Source of the DNA: an uncultured cyanobacterium
GTDB lineage: Bacteria > Cyanobacteriota > Cyanobacteriia > Cyanobacteriales > Microcystaceae
Assembly (NCBI GenBank): GCA_963807635.1
Contig: CAWEDJ010000011.1
Coordinates: 1 to 61,629, forward strand
Direction of reading: 5' to 3'
Length of the DNA: 61,629 nucleotides
Part shown: positions 20,793 to 31,749 of the stretch, piece by piece
How the letters are laid out: each line of letters starts with the position of its first letter
How positions within the stretch are numbered: the stretch's first letter is position 1
Program-made: the position numbers and the translations under genes
Notes under the pieces: generated by a model
Seen by the model: only the letters and a program-made list of their open reading frames with translations
The model's database searches: none
Told to the model about the DNA's origin: nothing

Positions 20793-20903
20793 AGGCGCGT
20801 TATTATAGTGCTGAAGATTTATTTAAAAAGCTTTAAGAATTTGTTACATTCATCTTAACGTTACTATAAATGAAACAATTGTTGGATTTTCTGGTCAACA
20901 TCT

Positions 20904-22429
20904 ATGCATATTCCCCTGCTAGGTAAAATGAAAAACCCTTTTCCCTTTGTGTTGACATTATTAGGAGTCGGGGTTCTAGTAGTCGGCGGCATGACCTATC
21001 GCTTGGTGATGAATCCCAAGACATCAATTGATCTAGAAAAATTAACCGTTCCCGCCGTCAGTGAAAATCTTAAGGTAGAAATTAAAGCAAGCGGAACTGT
21101 TCAACCTGTTCAGACTGTCAATATTAGCCCCAAAACCCCTGGTCGTCTTTTGCAGTTATTTGTAGAGCAGGGGGATGTGGTGGTTCGGGGGCAACGGTTG
21201 GCCGTGATGGATAATCGGGACATTTATGCAGAGGGAATGCAGGCCCAAGCACGTTTTGATGAAACGATCGCCCGCTATCGAGAGTTACAAGCGCAAATCC
21301 CGACCGAAATTAGACAATTAGAGTCAGAAGTTAATCAAGCCCAGAGCCGAATCGCCCAAGCCCGCTCCCAATTGGCGATCGCCCAAGACCGTCTCCGAGA
21401 AGCCCAAGCTCGTATTCCCCGAAACATTGATCAAGTCAGAGCGCAGTTAAAATCCGCCGAATCTAAGCTGAAACTGGCTGAAAATCGGGTAAAACGCAAT
21501 CAGGATTTAATTGAAGAAGGCGTAATTTCCAGGATCGGTTTGATGAAGTTTCTAATGATTATCTCAATGCCAAGGCCAATTTGATTGAATCTCTCGGAAA
21601 ACTGGATCAAACCCCAGGAAACCGCCTCCCCTGAAATTGGCACAAATTCAACAACAAATTGAACAACTCAAATCGGCGATCGAAGAATCCCAGCTTGCTC
21701 TAGAGGGCAAGGTTGCCAGCCTAAATCAACGTCAATTTACGGCTAAATCTTCCCTTAATTCCTTAAAAGCTGTGGCCGCCGCCGCCCAAGCTGAGTTAGA
21801 GAGGGTTAAAATTCAATACCAAGACACCATCATTACCGCTCCCTTTCCAGGCACCATCACCCAAAAATTCGCCACGCCAGGCTCTTTTGTGACACCCACC
21901 ACTTCTGCTTCCAGTACCGCCTCTGCCACTTCGACCTCGAATCTTGTCCCTGGCTAGGGGCTTAGAAGTCGTAGCCAAAGTCCCTGAAGTAGATATTCCG
22001 ACCCTTAAAATTGGCCAACCTGCCCAAATCATCGCCGATGCCTATCCTAATGCAAAATTTGCAGGGAAAGTGGTTCGTATTGCGCCAGAAGCCATCGTAG
22101 AAAATAATGTAACATCCTTTGAAGTTACAGTCGGTCTCGTCACAGGAAAAGATGAATTACGCTCAAAAATGAATGTTGATGTTACTTTTGTGGGTGAACA
22201 ATTAACGGATGCCTTGACCGTACCGACGGTTTCCATTGTCAGTCTCGCGGGAAAAACGGGAGTTATGGTTCCTGGAGTGGATAATCAACCCAAATTTCAA
22301 CCCGTGACTATTGGGGTAGTGGTGGATAATAAGACACAAATTCTCTCAGGACTGGAGCAGGGAAATAGGGTTTTTATTGATTTACCCGACGAACAAAATC
22401 CTAAAAATGATCAGGACAAAAAAGAATAA
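20904..22429 (+). CDS. Efflux periplasmic adaptor subunit (HlyD/MFP); frameshifted into three ORFs
   Basis: ASGTVQP..VNISPK, coiled coil, ITAPFPG.I, V.EVDI, LTVPT. Confidence 0.85.
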
Positions 22430-22561
22430 TTGTCTAATTTTTAAAACTAACTCTTAAAATGTTAAACGGCGATCGCAATCATAAAAAAATCGGGATAATC
22501 CTTAAGAAAATTTCCTCAAGTAATTAATAATCCCGACCTAAATTATTTCAATCCAAAAAAA

Positions 22562-22828
22562 CTATTTCTTTTTATCAGACTGGTAAGATTGTTCTTTCTG
22601 ATAAGAAGACTTATCTTGTTCTCCGCTAGAGCTATTGTAATCAGTCTTTTTGTCCTCTTTTTCCTTATAGCTTTCTTGGTAGCTTGCTTGGGAATTTTGG
22701 TCATCCTGTTTATAGCTACTTTCCTGAGAATAACTTTGATTTCCCGCAGCAAATGCTACAGGAGAAGCAATCAAGAACATCCAAGCGACCATCGTAACCA
22801 GCATGATATTTAAGATTTTGCGTAGCAT
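22562..22828 (-). CDS. Small secreted low-complexity Ser/Tyr/Gln/Lys-rich protein
   Basis: Signal peptide ending VAFA; mature part has repeated SY units. Confidence 0.65.
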   Translation of the reverse strand: MLRKILNIMLVTMVAWMFLIASPVAFAAGNQSYSQESSYKQDDQNSQASYQESYKEKEDKKTDYNSSSGEQDKSSYQKEQSYQSDKKK

Positions 22829-23053
22829 TTTGATTCTCTGACTTACTAAAAAATATACTTTGGACGGAATGATCATAAATTTTTTAAACAAAATTAAATG
22901 TACCTTGAGACACATTTAGCATTTTTTGATGAATTTACTTAGAAAATACGATTTAGGGCTAAATCCAACTATCAAGTCCATTTTGTCTGTGAAATTAATA
23001 TAACTAATAAATAGCTCGTTTTAATTCAATCTAAAATACTTTAGAAGAAGTTT

Positions 23054-24448
23054 TTAAGGATTAGCAATCGGAATAAAATCATAGTTATACCCTGACCGTT
23101 TACCAGGTTTGACCATGACTAGCTGAATAGGCTGATTGCGATCGCCAGAGGGTAAGAATCTAATCGGGCCACTCGCTCCCTGGGCGACAAAGTTAGGATT
23201 CGCCAAAGCTGATTGAATGCCTTCGCGGGTTGCATTTTGCTTCATTGCTGTTGTAAAGGCGATCGCGGCATCGTAGGCCATCGCGGTACGCCAATTGACG
23301 TTGGTGGTTTTCCACAGTTTAGCCGCCTCTTTCACAAAAGGATTATCTTTATGGGCTAAAACGTGCCAGGGAATCGCCACCACCATTCCCGCCGCATTTT
23401 TATCGCCAACTTGCAAAATTTCGGGTTTATAGGCACTATCTCCCCCCAATAAGCCTAATTTTCCTTGATTTGCCTGTATCACTAATAACGCCTGATTCAA
23501 AGTTGCCGTATTCATGGCTAACATCAACGCTTCCGCTCCTAAAGACTGGGCTTGTTTAACCGCCTCGACTGCATTAAAATCAGGAGCCGAAAAATCAATT
23601 TCTGTCACAACTTCTCCTCCACTTCCCAATAAAGCGGTGGTAAAGACGGTTTTTAAGGATTTACTGTAACTACTTTGGGAGTTGTAAATAATGGCGGCCT
23701 TTTGTTTTTTCAGAGTCTTCAACATATAGTTTGCCAATGTCGTTCCTGCAAACAAATCACTAGGCACTGTCCGAAAAATATAGTTTCCTAACTCCGATAA
23801 CTCTACAGAGGTACTGGTTGCAGAGATCATCGGCAAACCCTGGGGTTGATAGATATTTTTAGCCACATCCAAGGTCGTATTACTTCCAAAATGACCAATA
23901 ACGCCTAATATTTCTGGTTTTTTGACAAACGCTTGCCCTAATTGAGACGCGATCGCCACATCGTCGTCATCATTGGCAATCAGAACTTTTAAAGGAACCC
24001 CATTAATCCCCCCTTTCTGATTAACCTCCGTTTGGGCTTGGGCAACTCCCCGCAATAACTCTTGGGACGCATTGACATCTTTACCGATGGGAACAGAAAC
24101 CACAAAAGAAACCGCATTTTGCCCAATTTTAGCATTATTCAAGTAAATTAACGCTTCAGGATCGTTGGCATAGGTTTGGAGTGATTTTTGAAAATCCTGA
24201 ACGGCTTCAACGTAATTTCCCATTTTAAAGGCAGAAATTCCCCGTTGCTTTTCAGGATTCATCACCGTTGGAATCAGACTTTTTTCCCCGTAACTCAATC
24301 GTTGATTTAGATCCCCATTGTTATTAATAGAAATCCCACCGCTCGGAGATTTTTGAGTTGTAGAAAACCACCAAACTCCTGTCCCCACAATACCTGCGGT
24401 AATTCCCAGAGCGAGTAAAAGAGCTAAAGTATCATTTTTTTGAGTCAT
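23054..24448 (-). CDS. ABC substrate-binding protein, LivJ/K (PBP1) type, with N-terminal anchor and TPR-like segment
   Basis: NDPEALIYLNNA, LRGVAQAQ..N..GGING, YIFRTVPSD, WRTAMAYDA. Confidence 0.85.
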   Translation of the reverse strand: MTQKNDTLALLLALGITAGIVGTGVWWFSTTQKSPSGGISINNNGDLNQRLSYGEKSLIPTVMNPEKQRGISAFKMGNYVEAVQDFQKSLQTYANDPEALIYLNNAKIGQNAVSFVVSVPIGKDVNASQELLRGVAQAQTEVNQKGGINGVPLKVLIANDDDDVAIASQLGQAFVKKPEILGVIGHFGSNTTLDVAKNIYQPQGLPMISATSTSVELSELGNYIFRTVPSDLFAGTTLANYMLKTLKKQKAAIIYNSQSSYSKSLKTVFTTALLGSGGEVVTEIDFSAPDFNAVEAVKQAQSLGAEALMLAMNTATLNQALLVIQANQGKLGLLGGDSAYKPEILQVGDKNAAGMVVAIPWHVLAHKDNPFVKEAAKLWKTTNVNWRTAMAYDAAIAFTTAMKQNATREGIQSALANPNFVAQGASGPIRFLPSGDRNQPIQLVMVKPGKRSGYNYDFIPIANP

Positions 24449-24474
24449 GTTTTTTTAAATTGCCGAAAAATAGC

Positions 24475-24498
24475 AAAAAAGTGAGCTTTGACACTCAC
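24475..24498 (-). terminator. Putative intrinsic terminator after the PRC-barrel gene
   Basis: GTGAG-N8-CTCAC stem followed by a T-run on the minus strand. Confidence 0.4.
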
Positions 24499-24519
24499 CT
24501 TAAGGTCAATTATTGAATT

Positions 24520-25482
24520 TTATTCCTCGTAATATTCCGTGATTCTTTCCTTCTTTTTCTCAGGAATATTAATTCTCGGTGGATTGTAGGGTTCGGGTTC
24601 GGCATCATCATCCCAAACATCTCCTTGATAATTATCTTCATAGGCTTCTTCATAGCTCGGCTCCCGACGAGGAGCTTCATAGCGGGGAGCGACTTCCCGT
24701 TTACTTTCTCCCCAATTATCTTCTTCTAGATCATCCTCTTCATAGCGAATCGTTTCTGCTTGACGGCGCAAAGGAGGAGGAGCAGGACGGGATTCTTCCC
24801 AATCATCTTCATTCCAACGTTCTTCCACCACAGGTTGACGGACTTGGAGAGGGGTTCTAATGGGAATGCCCGTTCCTAATTGATTTTCGGGACGAGCGGT
24901 GGGAGGATAGTACATTTCTTCTTCTTGTTTTTCCCAGGCAGGACGACCAATACCCAGCCGTTCTAAAACCCCAACGGTTATCTGGGTTAGACGCTCTTCC
25001 GCACCTTCAAAAACAATTAGCCGATTGGGGCCACTGCTAATCACTTCTTCCATTGATAGCTCGTAGGTACTAATCAGTTGATCGGGAATTTGGGGATAGC
25101 CGAGGGACGCAATAATGATAGAAGAAACTTTGCCGTCATCTAAATTGAACTGAAAATCCCGCACTCTTCCGAGGGGTTCTCCCGTTTCTGTGATCACTTC
25201 ACTATTCACTAAAGGCGTATAGGCATCCAGATCGACGGTTTCAAAGACATTTTCATCTTCGACTAGAACCACATCTCCCGCTTGGCTGATGCTGTTGAGA
25301 TACATATAGTCGGGCATTCCCGAAAGGGAGAGCATATTGTCCCGTAGTCCAAAGGCGACAATTTCTCGTTGGTCGATATCAACTAAAACTTCTTTGACGA
25401 CTCCGAGCTTTTTGCCCGTATTGCGAGTAATAACTTGAGTGTTGATGAATTCGTTGCGTAGGCGTATATTATCGATAGTCAT
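24520..25482 (-). CDS. Tandem PRC-barrel protein with acidic tail
   Basis: VITRNTGKKLGVVKEV.VD and VITETGEPLGRVRDF. Confidence 0.85.
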   Translation of the reverse strand: MTIDNIRLRNEFINTQVITRNTGKKLGVVKEVLVDIDQREIVAFGLRDNMLSLSGMPDYMYLNSISQAGDVVLVEDENVFETVDLDAYTPLVNSEVITETGEPLGRVRDFQFNLDDGKVSSIIIASLGYPQIPDQLISTYELSMEEVISSGPNRLIVFEGAEERLTQITVGVLERLGIGRPAWEKQEEEMYYPPTARPENQLGTGIPIRTPLQVRQPVVEERWNEDDWEESRPAPPPLRRQAETIRYEEDDLEEDNWGESKREVAPRYEAPRREPSYEEAYEDNYQGDVWDDDAEPEPYNPPRINIPEKKKERITEYYEE

Positions 25483-25937
25483 TGTATTTTATGATAAGAA
25501 TTCTGGCTTAGGGGTAAAAGATACAATATTAGGTCAGGCTTGGGGGAGTGAGTTTTAGTTTATTGATAATAACTTATAGATCGTCATTTCATCCCTAAGA
25601 CTCAAGTTTTTTTGTGTCAAAGGAGATTAAACGGGGGAAAACAGGGGATTAAATCCCTCAAATTTAAGAGTAAAGGGTTTTTTCTGGGATACTATCCTCT
25701 CTTAATTATTGTAGCAGTGTTTCTAATTTGCCCTGCTAAACTAACTCTCAAGGGGCGGTGAAGTGCCTTTTTTCTTTTTTCTTCTGACCCAAATAGGTTC
25801 AGTTTTAATGTCCGCATCTCATTGAGTTTCTCAGTCTTTTGTCTGTTTTGACGAATAAAATACAACCCTTTGTCCTTAAAATCCCTATGGAATCAGGGCA
25901 GATAAAGATTGGTACTATGATGAACATTTTTGCTGAT

Positions 25938-26759
25938 TTATTGGGAAACTAAGGCATTCACCACTAAATCAATTAGGGAAGAATTGTAATAGGGTTGACA
26001 AATGGCTTGAATTTTTTCGGGGGAAATGGTGGCATCTTTCAAACTAATAATATTTCCATAAACGGATTGGTCAGAAAATAAGGGATCGGTTTCTAAATTA
26101 CGCGATCGCAGATCAAAGTGTTTTTCCTGGGTACGGGGAGCAAAATCAATCATCAAACTGGAGCCGTAACCACAGTCTTTGAGAACCGAAAGACAGTTGA
26201 GAGTTTTAGCGAGAAAATCCTTTGACCAGCCTTTTTCACCCTGATTTTTATTCACTCCTCCTCCGTATTCAAACATAATAACTTTAGGTAATAAATGATG
26301 AGGAATAGAGGGTAATTGCTCAATAATATTAAATTCCCAACCTTCAATATCCAGTTTTAAGCAAGTGATTTGGCTGGGTTTGATGTCTTCTAATAAAGTT
26401 GCTAGGGAAATGGATTCTATCTCTTTTGTTTTGCCGGAAGAGCCAAACCAATCGGCAGAGAGAGAGCTAAAATTACGATTAAATAAGCCTGCAAAACTGC
26501 CCAAATACAGGAGTTGTTTCCCATCTAGATTAGATAGGCATTTTTCAATCAGCTTGATATTATGGCGTGTACTCATTTGCTTTAACTTTTTCACGGGCAG
26601 AGGTTCAACGGCCACCGTCGGATAACCTAATTTGGCAAAGACTTCACAATAAAAAGCAAAGGTTCCCACGCCCACATCAATACAGTGTCCTTCTTTTTTG
26701 GGGTCTATTTCAGGAAGAATTTCGGCTAATAATGATTGACAACAGGCTTCAACACGCAT
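25938..26759 (-). CDS. FkbM-family methyltransferase
   Basis: IDVGVG, AVEP, LKLDIEGWE. Confidence 0.8.
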   Translation of the reverse strand: MRVEACCQSLLAEILPEIDPKKEGHCIDVGVGTFAFYCEVFAKLGYPTVAVEPLPVKKLKQMSTRHNIKLIEKCLSNLDGKQLLYLGSFAGLFNRNFSSLSADWFGSSGKTKEIESISLATLLEDIKPSQITCLKLDIEGWEFNIIEQLPSIPHHLLPKVIMFEYGGGVNKNQGEKGWSKDFLAKTLNCLSVLKDCGYGSSLMIDFAPRTQEKHFDLRSRNLETDPLFSDQSVYGNIISLKDATISPEKIQAICQPYYNSSLIDLVVNALVSQ

Positions 26760-27525
26760 GATTTAAAATTTCCCTAAAATTCAAAAATTGTTCTTTAATA
26801 AAAACCGCATTAAAGTAACGGACATGACCATCTTTTCCTAATACTTGATCGAGATTGCCCGCATAAATATAACCCAAATGATCTAATTGGTGAAAAATTT
26901 CTCGAAATTGGGCCTGTCCTTCATAGAGTTGGTCTAGGGAAATTTCAACAATACAAGCGACACTTTTTTTAAAGGTTTCCATGCCTCCTTTGATGACTCT
27001 ATTTTCGTAGCCCTGAACATCTAATTTAATGAGTATATTGTCCTCTAAGGTAGCCGAAAAATTGGCGATCGCCCTATCGAGGGTCGTTTGTTCAATTTGA
27101 ATCGCTTCCTGTTTTTTGACCATCGGATAAACGGTTTCACAGAGTTGGGTTGTCTTCAAAATAGAAGAGGAGGGATTAAAGTATAGATGACTATAGATTT
27201 CAATCGGTTGAATACTATCTCCTAACGCCTGATTAAAGGCGGTTACTTTTTTGGGATGTTTATTCGCAAATTGAGCTAATTGTTGATAGGGAATCGCGAG
27301 GGGTTCAAAGGCATAAATATGGGCTTGGGGAAAAATTTTGGTGATGCGTCGAGCAAATTGACCTTCATTGGCTCCAATATCAATAATAGATTTAATCGGG
27401 AGTTGGTTTAATCCTAATAACCGTTTGTCCCATTCTTTGACCAACAATTTTCCCACTAGGTTAAATAGTTGGTTACTCATTCGATACAGTAATTTCTCGG
27501 AAAGCGATCGCGGCAATGGTGGCAT
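26749..27525 (-). CDS. FkbM-family methyltransferase
   Basis: IDIGANEGQF, AFEP, SSSIL, IKLDVQGYE..VIKG. Confidence 0.85.
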   Translation of the reverse strand: MPPLPRSLSEKLLYRMSNQLFNLVGKLLVKEWDKRLLGLNQLPIKSIIDIGANEGQFARRITKIFPQAHIYAFEPLAIPYQQLAQFANKHPKKVTAFNQALGDSIQPIEIYSHLYFNPSSSILKTTQLCETVYPMVKKQEAIQIEQTTLDRAIANFSATLEDNILIKLDVQGYENRVIKGGMETFKKSVACIVEISLDQLYEGQAQFREIFHQLDHLGYIYAGNLDQVLGKDGHVRYFNAVFIKEQFLNFREILNHAC

Positions 27526-27758
27526 CCTAAAACCTATCAATTAATCCGACAAGCGGGGGTGACCCCAAAGAAACAAGATACCAGATCCTATCCTAAAACG
27601 CCTAAATGAACAATCAAATCTCAAAATAAAAGCGATGATCCCCTCCCATTCGGACGGTTTAAAAAATCAATTCTCTATCCAAATTTTCTTCGCACCGCGA
27701 CCCCGCTAAGGATAGAATAAAAAGTTACGACTTTCCTATGTAGATATTAACCAGAGAC

Positions 27759-28578
27759 ATGAAACCCTATCTTGCTGCCGCGATCCAGATGACCAGTCGG
27801 CCCGACCTAGCAAAGAATTTAGTCGAGGCAGAAGAATTAGTGGAATTAGCCGTGCGTCGGGGGGCTGAATTGATTGGTTTACCCGAAAATTTCGCTTTTT
27901 TGGGCAATGAAGAAAGTAAATTGCAACAGGCGGATGAAATTGCGGAAAAGGCTGAAAAATTTGTCCGAACCATTGCTCAACGTTTCCAAGTGACTGTCCT
28001 CGCGGGTGGTTTCCCTGTTCCCGTAGAAGGCGATCGCGGCAAGGCCTGACAACACCGCGACCCTGGTGGCTCCCAATGGGGAAGAGTTGACCCGTTACCA
28101 CAAAGTCCACCTTTTTGATGTCAATGTCCCCGATGGTAATACCTATCGTGAATCCAGCACAGTCATGGCGGGTACGAGTTTTCCGACAGTTTATCATTCA
28201 GAGAAGTTGGGCTGCTTAGGGTTGTCGATTTGTTACGATGTGCGTTTTCCTGAGCTTTATCGTCATTTATCCCAACAGGGAGCCGATGTTCTCTTTATTC
28301 CTGCGGCTTTTACGGCTTTTACGGGGAAAGACCACTGGCAAGTTTTGTTACAAGCTAGAGCGATTGAAAATACCTGTTATGTGATTGCTCCTGCTCAAAC
28401 GGGTTGTCATTATGAACGGCGTTATACCAACGGTCACGCGATGATCATTGATCCCTGGGGCGTGATTTTAGATGATGCAGGGGTGACTCCAGGGGTGGCG
28501 ATCGCGGAAATTAATCCCATCAGACTCAAGCAAGTCCGTCAACAAATGCCTTCTTTGCAACATCGAGTTTTTCGGTAA
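27759..28578 (+). CDS. Carbon-nitrogen hydrolase (Nit1 deaminated-glutathione amidase type); frameshift ~28047
   Basis: LPENF, YHKVHLFDV, GLSICYDVRFPE, HW.VLL.ARAIEN. Confidence 0.88.
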
Positions 28579-28594
28579 ATGTCAACATCCTCTT

Positions 28595-29257
28595 TTAACG
28601 TTTTAATGCCAGGGTTAAACCGTCTGTGATCGCCACAACACTCAGATTAATGCGGGAATCCTGATGGAGTTTTTGATTAAACTCTCGAATTGCCTGGGTT
28701 TGTTTATCCGTAATTGTTGGATCAACAACTTTTCCCGACCAAAGAACATTATCAATCAGAATTAAACCGCCAGGACGCAGGAGAATTAAAACCCGTTCAT
28801 AGTAATTTTCATAATTTCGTTTATCGGCATCAATAAAAGCCAGATCAAAGCTTTCTGCTTCCCCTTCGGTAATCAGTTTTTCCAAAGTTTCTAAGGCTGG
28901 AGCAATTCGGAGATCGATTTTTTCCGAAACTCCCGCCCTTCCCCAAAAATTCTTCGCGATCGCCGTATATTCTTCGCTAATGTCACAGGCAATCATTTTG
29001 CCATCAACGGGTAAAGCTAGGGCAACCGCTAACGCACTATAACCCGTAAAAACACCAATTTCTAAGGTCTTTTTCGCCCCCATCAGTTGCACCAACAACG
29101 CCATTAATTGACCCTGTTCAGGAGAAATTTGCATCCGTGCCATCGACAATTTGGCTGTTTCTTCCCGTAATTGCTTTAAAATATCGGGTTCTCTCAAAGA
29201 AATTGATTGGATATAATCAGCAAGGGTTTCTGCCAAGCCCGTCGTTTGTTTGCTCAT
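28595..29257 (-). CDS. Cation-dependent O-methyltransferase (caffeoyl-CoA OMT-like)
   Basis: LEIGVFTGYS, FIDADK, DNVLW. Confidence 0.9.
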   Translation of the reverse strand: MSKQTTGLAETLADYIQSISLREPDILKQLREETAKLSMARMQISPEQGQLMALLVQLMGAKKTLEIGVFTGYSALAVALALPVDGKMIACDISEEYTAIAKNFWGRAGVSEKIDLRIAPALETLEKLITEGEAESFDLAFIDADKRNYENYYERVLILLRPGGLILIDNVLWSGKVVDPTITDKQTQAIREFNQKLHQDSRINLSVVAITDGLTLALKR

Positions 29258-29289
29258 TTTTACTCAATTTATACCTTAGGATAAAGAAT

Positions 29290-30042
29290 CTAGGAAATTG
29301 TATCGGGATCAATTCCCTGCGCTCTCAGTATGGCGGCTAATCGTTCTGCTCGTTGATATTCCGAATCTGCCCGTTGCTTTTCCCGTTGAGCCAATTCCGT
29401 TCCCCAGAGCAGTAATTCTCCCTCTTTTTTCCACCACCTCAACCAAGACTGATGATGATTTTCGCGATCGCCTTCCCACACACCTAAATAGAGGTCTAAC
29501 ACTTCAATCCAATATCGTCCTGATGCTTCGGGAAACTGGAGTTGATATTCTCCACTATTCCCCAATTGATAGACCTCTAAACGGGCAGATTCCAAATCAA
29601 AAATCACGTAGTAGGGAATTTTAAGGATTTTTTCATAAAAGAACCATTTTCCTGGCGGATAGGTCGGTTTACTCGAATATTCTGTTCCGTCGGTATCCGA
29701 GAGAAATTCCATCGCGATCGCGGGTATATCGCCTTGAAGTTGGGGAGTATAGCTCCGTTCGATCTCATTTCTGGGAACCGTTATCTGAGCAATATAAGAC
29801 CAATCGGGAGCTTTTACCACGAATTTTCCATCTAATCTAGCACAAATTCCATAATTCGTGGTTGTTAGACTGTTTTCTGATAATTTTCCCGCATTAAATA
29901 AACTATCGGTCAAAGCGGCGGCGAGGGTGGGTTGATTAATATTGTCCACAGGATCATCAGGGAGAAGAAAATCATCGGGCAGTTTTTCCCAACTAATCGT
30001 GGAGGAAACCGCAGTAGGGGAAGGGGTTAAGGCTTGTACCAT
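29290..30042 (-). CDS. Uma2-family endonuclease
   Basis: VKAPDW, MEFLS, GKWFFYE.IL.IPYYVIFD, charged coiled-coil tail. Confidence 0.85.
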   Translation of the reverse strand: MVQALTPSPTAVSSTISWEKLPDDFLLPDDPVDNINQPTLAAALTDSLFNAGKLSENSLTTTNYGICARLDGKFVVKAPDWSYIAQITVPRNEIERSYTPQLQGDIPAIAMEFLSDTDGTEYSSKPTYPPGKWFFYEKILKIPYYVIFDLESARLEVYQLGNSGEYQLQFPEASGRYWIEVLDLYLGVWEGDRENHHQSWLRWWKKEGELLLWGTELAQREKQRADSEYQRAERLAAILRAQGIDPDTIS

Positions 30043-30230
30043 CGGGCTAAACTTCCATCAAGATACTATCAATAGTTTAAGAAATTTTTGATACAATTAC
30101 AATTGAGATTTTTTTATTATCTAATTTTAGCTAAATCAATTATATTTGCCTCTTTTAAATAGTAAACATTTTAAGCAATAATAGGCAAAAAATCAACAAT
30201 TGAAAAAACGACTAGGTTTGATTTTTTGAA

Positions 30231-30827
30231 TTAATTCCAAATGCCATTCGCGATCGCCCAAAAATTCCATCCCACAAAAACTAAAACTAGGGTAAACACC
30301 ATTGTCCATAAATAGGCGATCGCCATGAGTAACCCATCGGCCTCCAACATCGCAACAGCTAATAAAAGAATCCCTATGGCAGGAAAAGGATTTGTGAAGG
30401 GAATTGGCAACATCAACAGCAACGCCAACCAGGTCACTAAAAACCCATTAAATCGCCAAATATAGGGATCATTCGCCAGTTTTAAAAAGCGGGGACGAGT
30501 GTATCGTTCCAACATTCGGGTTAGTTTTTTGGCGGGCTTCAGTAATTTTTGGGCAATGTTAGCGGGAAAAATATAAGTAGCAACGTTCTGGGGTAACCAG
30601 GGACGATGGAAACCCAGCATCATTTGTATGGATAAAAGCAAAATCCCAATCCCCGCAATCCCCGTTAAACCAGGCGGAATGGGAAAAATAAAGGGCAGGG
30701 CCAACAGCGCGATCATAAAACAAAAGCTCCGTTCGGCGGTAATTATTAAAATATCCCGCAAAAGGAGGGGTTCCTTCGCCGCTTTTTCCAGCAAAGCTTC
30801 AATCTCTTGGGAGAATCTTAAATTCAT
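30231..30827 (-). CDS. exoD: Exopolysaccharide synthesis ExoD family protein
   Basis: LLALP..PIPPG, PWLP, LPIPFTN..PA, EADG. Confidence 0.85.
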   Translation of the reverse strand: MNLRFSQEIEALLEKAAKEPLLLRDILIITAERSFCFMIALLALPFIFPIPPGLTGIAGIGILLLSIQMMLGFHRPWLPQNVATYIFPANIAQKLLKPAKKLTRMLERYTRPRFLKLANDPYIWRFNGFLVTWLALLLMLPIPFTNPFPAIGILLLAVAMLEADGLLMAIAYLWTMVFTLVLVFVGWNFWAIANGIWN

Positions 30828-30943
30828 CACGTTTTTGAGACTCAGCTTGAAAAAATAAACAATCCTTTCCCCATGATAATCGCGACTTCTAGCTTTCGGG
30901 AAAAAAGCAATTGATAGTAATCTCAAAAAACTGGACTATATTT

Positions 30944-31732
30944 TTATTTAATCGGAATTTCTGGTGCTTCTTCAACAAAATTTAACCAATCTTTCGGTTT
31001 ATTCGATGATTTTCCAGAAAAATTTTGAAAGGAGTCATAATAAGGACAATTGTTAGAACTACAGTTATTCCGATGGGGGAGCGGTTTTTGTTGGAGATAA
31101 TACAACTCTAACCATTGATCCAGTCGGTCTAATAAATAATTTAATTGTTGATGATTTTGTTTGTGTTGTTTACTGTCGTAGGCGATCGCTAAAGATTGGG
31201 GCTTTTTCGGTAATTTAACAAACCAATAGGTCATGGAAATCTGTTCGGGTAAATAATCGCTGGTTTCTGCTAAGACATATAAATAGAGCTTAGTTTGCCA
31301 ATGTTGGATCAATTTTTGAGGATTTTGAGGTTGTAAATAGGTCTTCCAATCGAGGATTTGCGCCTTGTTTGAATCCGTCATCAACAGATCATAAATAACA
31401 GTCAATAAATAATGATTAATCTGTAAATTACGATAATGTTCTGCTTCTCTCCATTGCTCTACGGGAGGAGTCTTTAATTCGGGAACTGCTTCAATTAAGG
31501 CTGTTAAAGAATGGGATAAATCAGAATCATGCTCGACTAAGCTATCAACAGATAATCCAAGTTCTCGCTGTTGCATCAGTTGGTGAAAATGACTCCCCCA
31601 GGTCAATCTTTCCTGATGTTCAGGGGCGATCGCAGAACCCAATTGTTCTAGATATAATCGCTGAAACTGGGGGGGACAAATTTCCAGTAATTGTAATTGG
31701 GATTGGGATAAACGAATGGGGGTTTTAGTCAT
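30944..31732 (-). CDS. PD-(D/E)XK nuclease family protein (AddB/Cas4-like)
   Basis: LSQSQL...CP, WGSHFH, YDLL, ILDWKT, QTKLY, C-terminal Cys cluster. Confidence 0.8.
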   Translation of the reverse strand: MTKTPIRLSQSQLQLLEICPPQFQRLYLEQLGSAIAPEHQERLTWGSHFHQLMQQRELGLSVDSLVEHDSDLSHSLTALIEAVPELKTPPVEQWREAEHYRNLQINHYLLTVIYDLLMTDSNKAQILDWKTYLQPQNPQKLIQHWQTKLYLYVLAETSDYLPEQISMTYWFVKLPKKPQSLAIAYDSKQHKQNHQQLNYLLDRLDQWLELYYLQQKPLPHRNNCSSNNCPYYDSFQNFSGKSSNKPKDWLNFVEEAPEIPIK

Positions 31733-31749
31733 GGATTAGGCCTAAGAAA

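Noticed and set aside
25483..25937. Riboswitch or sRNA in the long leader of the PRC-barrel gene
   Set aside because: No recognisable conserved motif by eye; would need an Rfam/Infernal search
30944..31732. Cas4 / CRISPR locus
   Set aside because: No cas1/cas2 and no regularly spaced repeat array anywhere in the window; solo PD-(D/E)XK proteins are common in cyanobacteria
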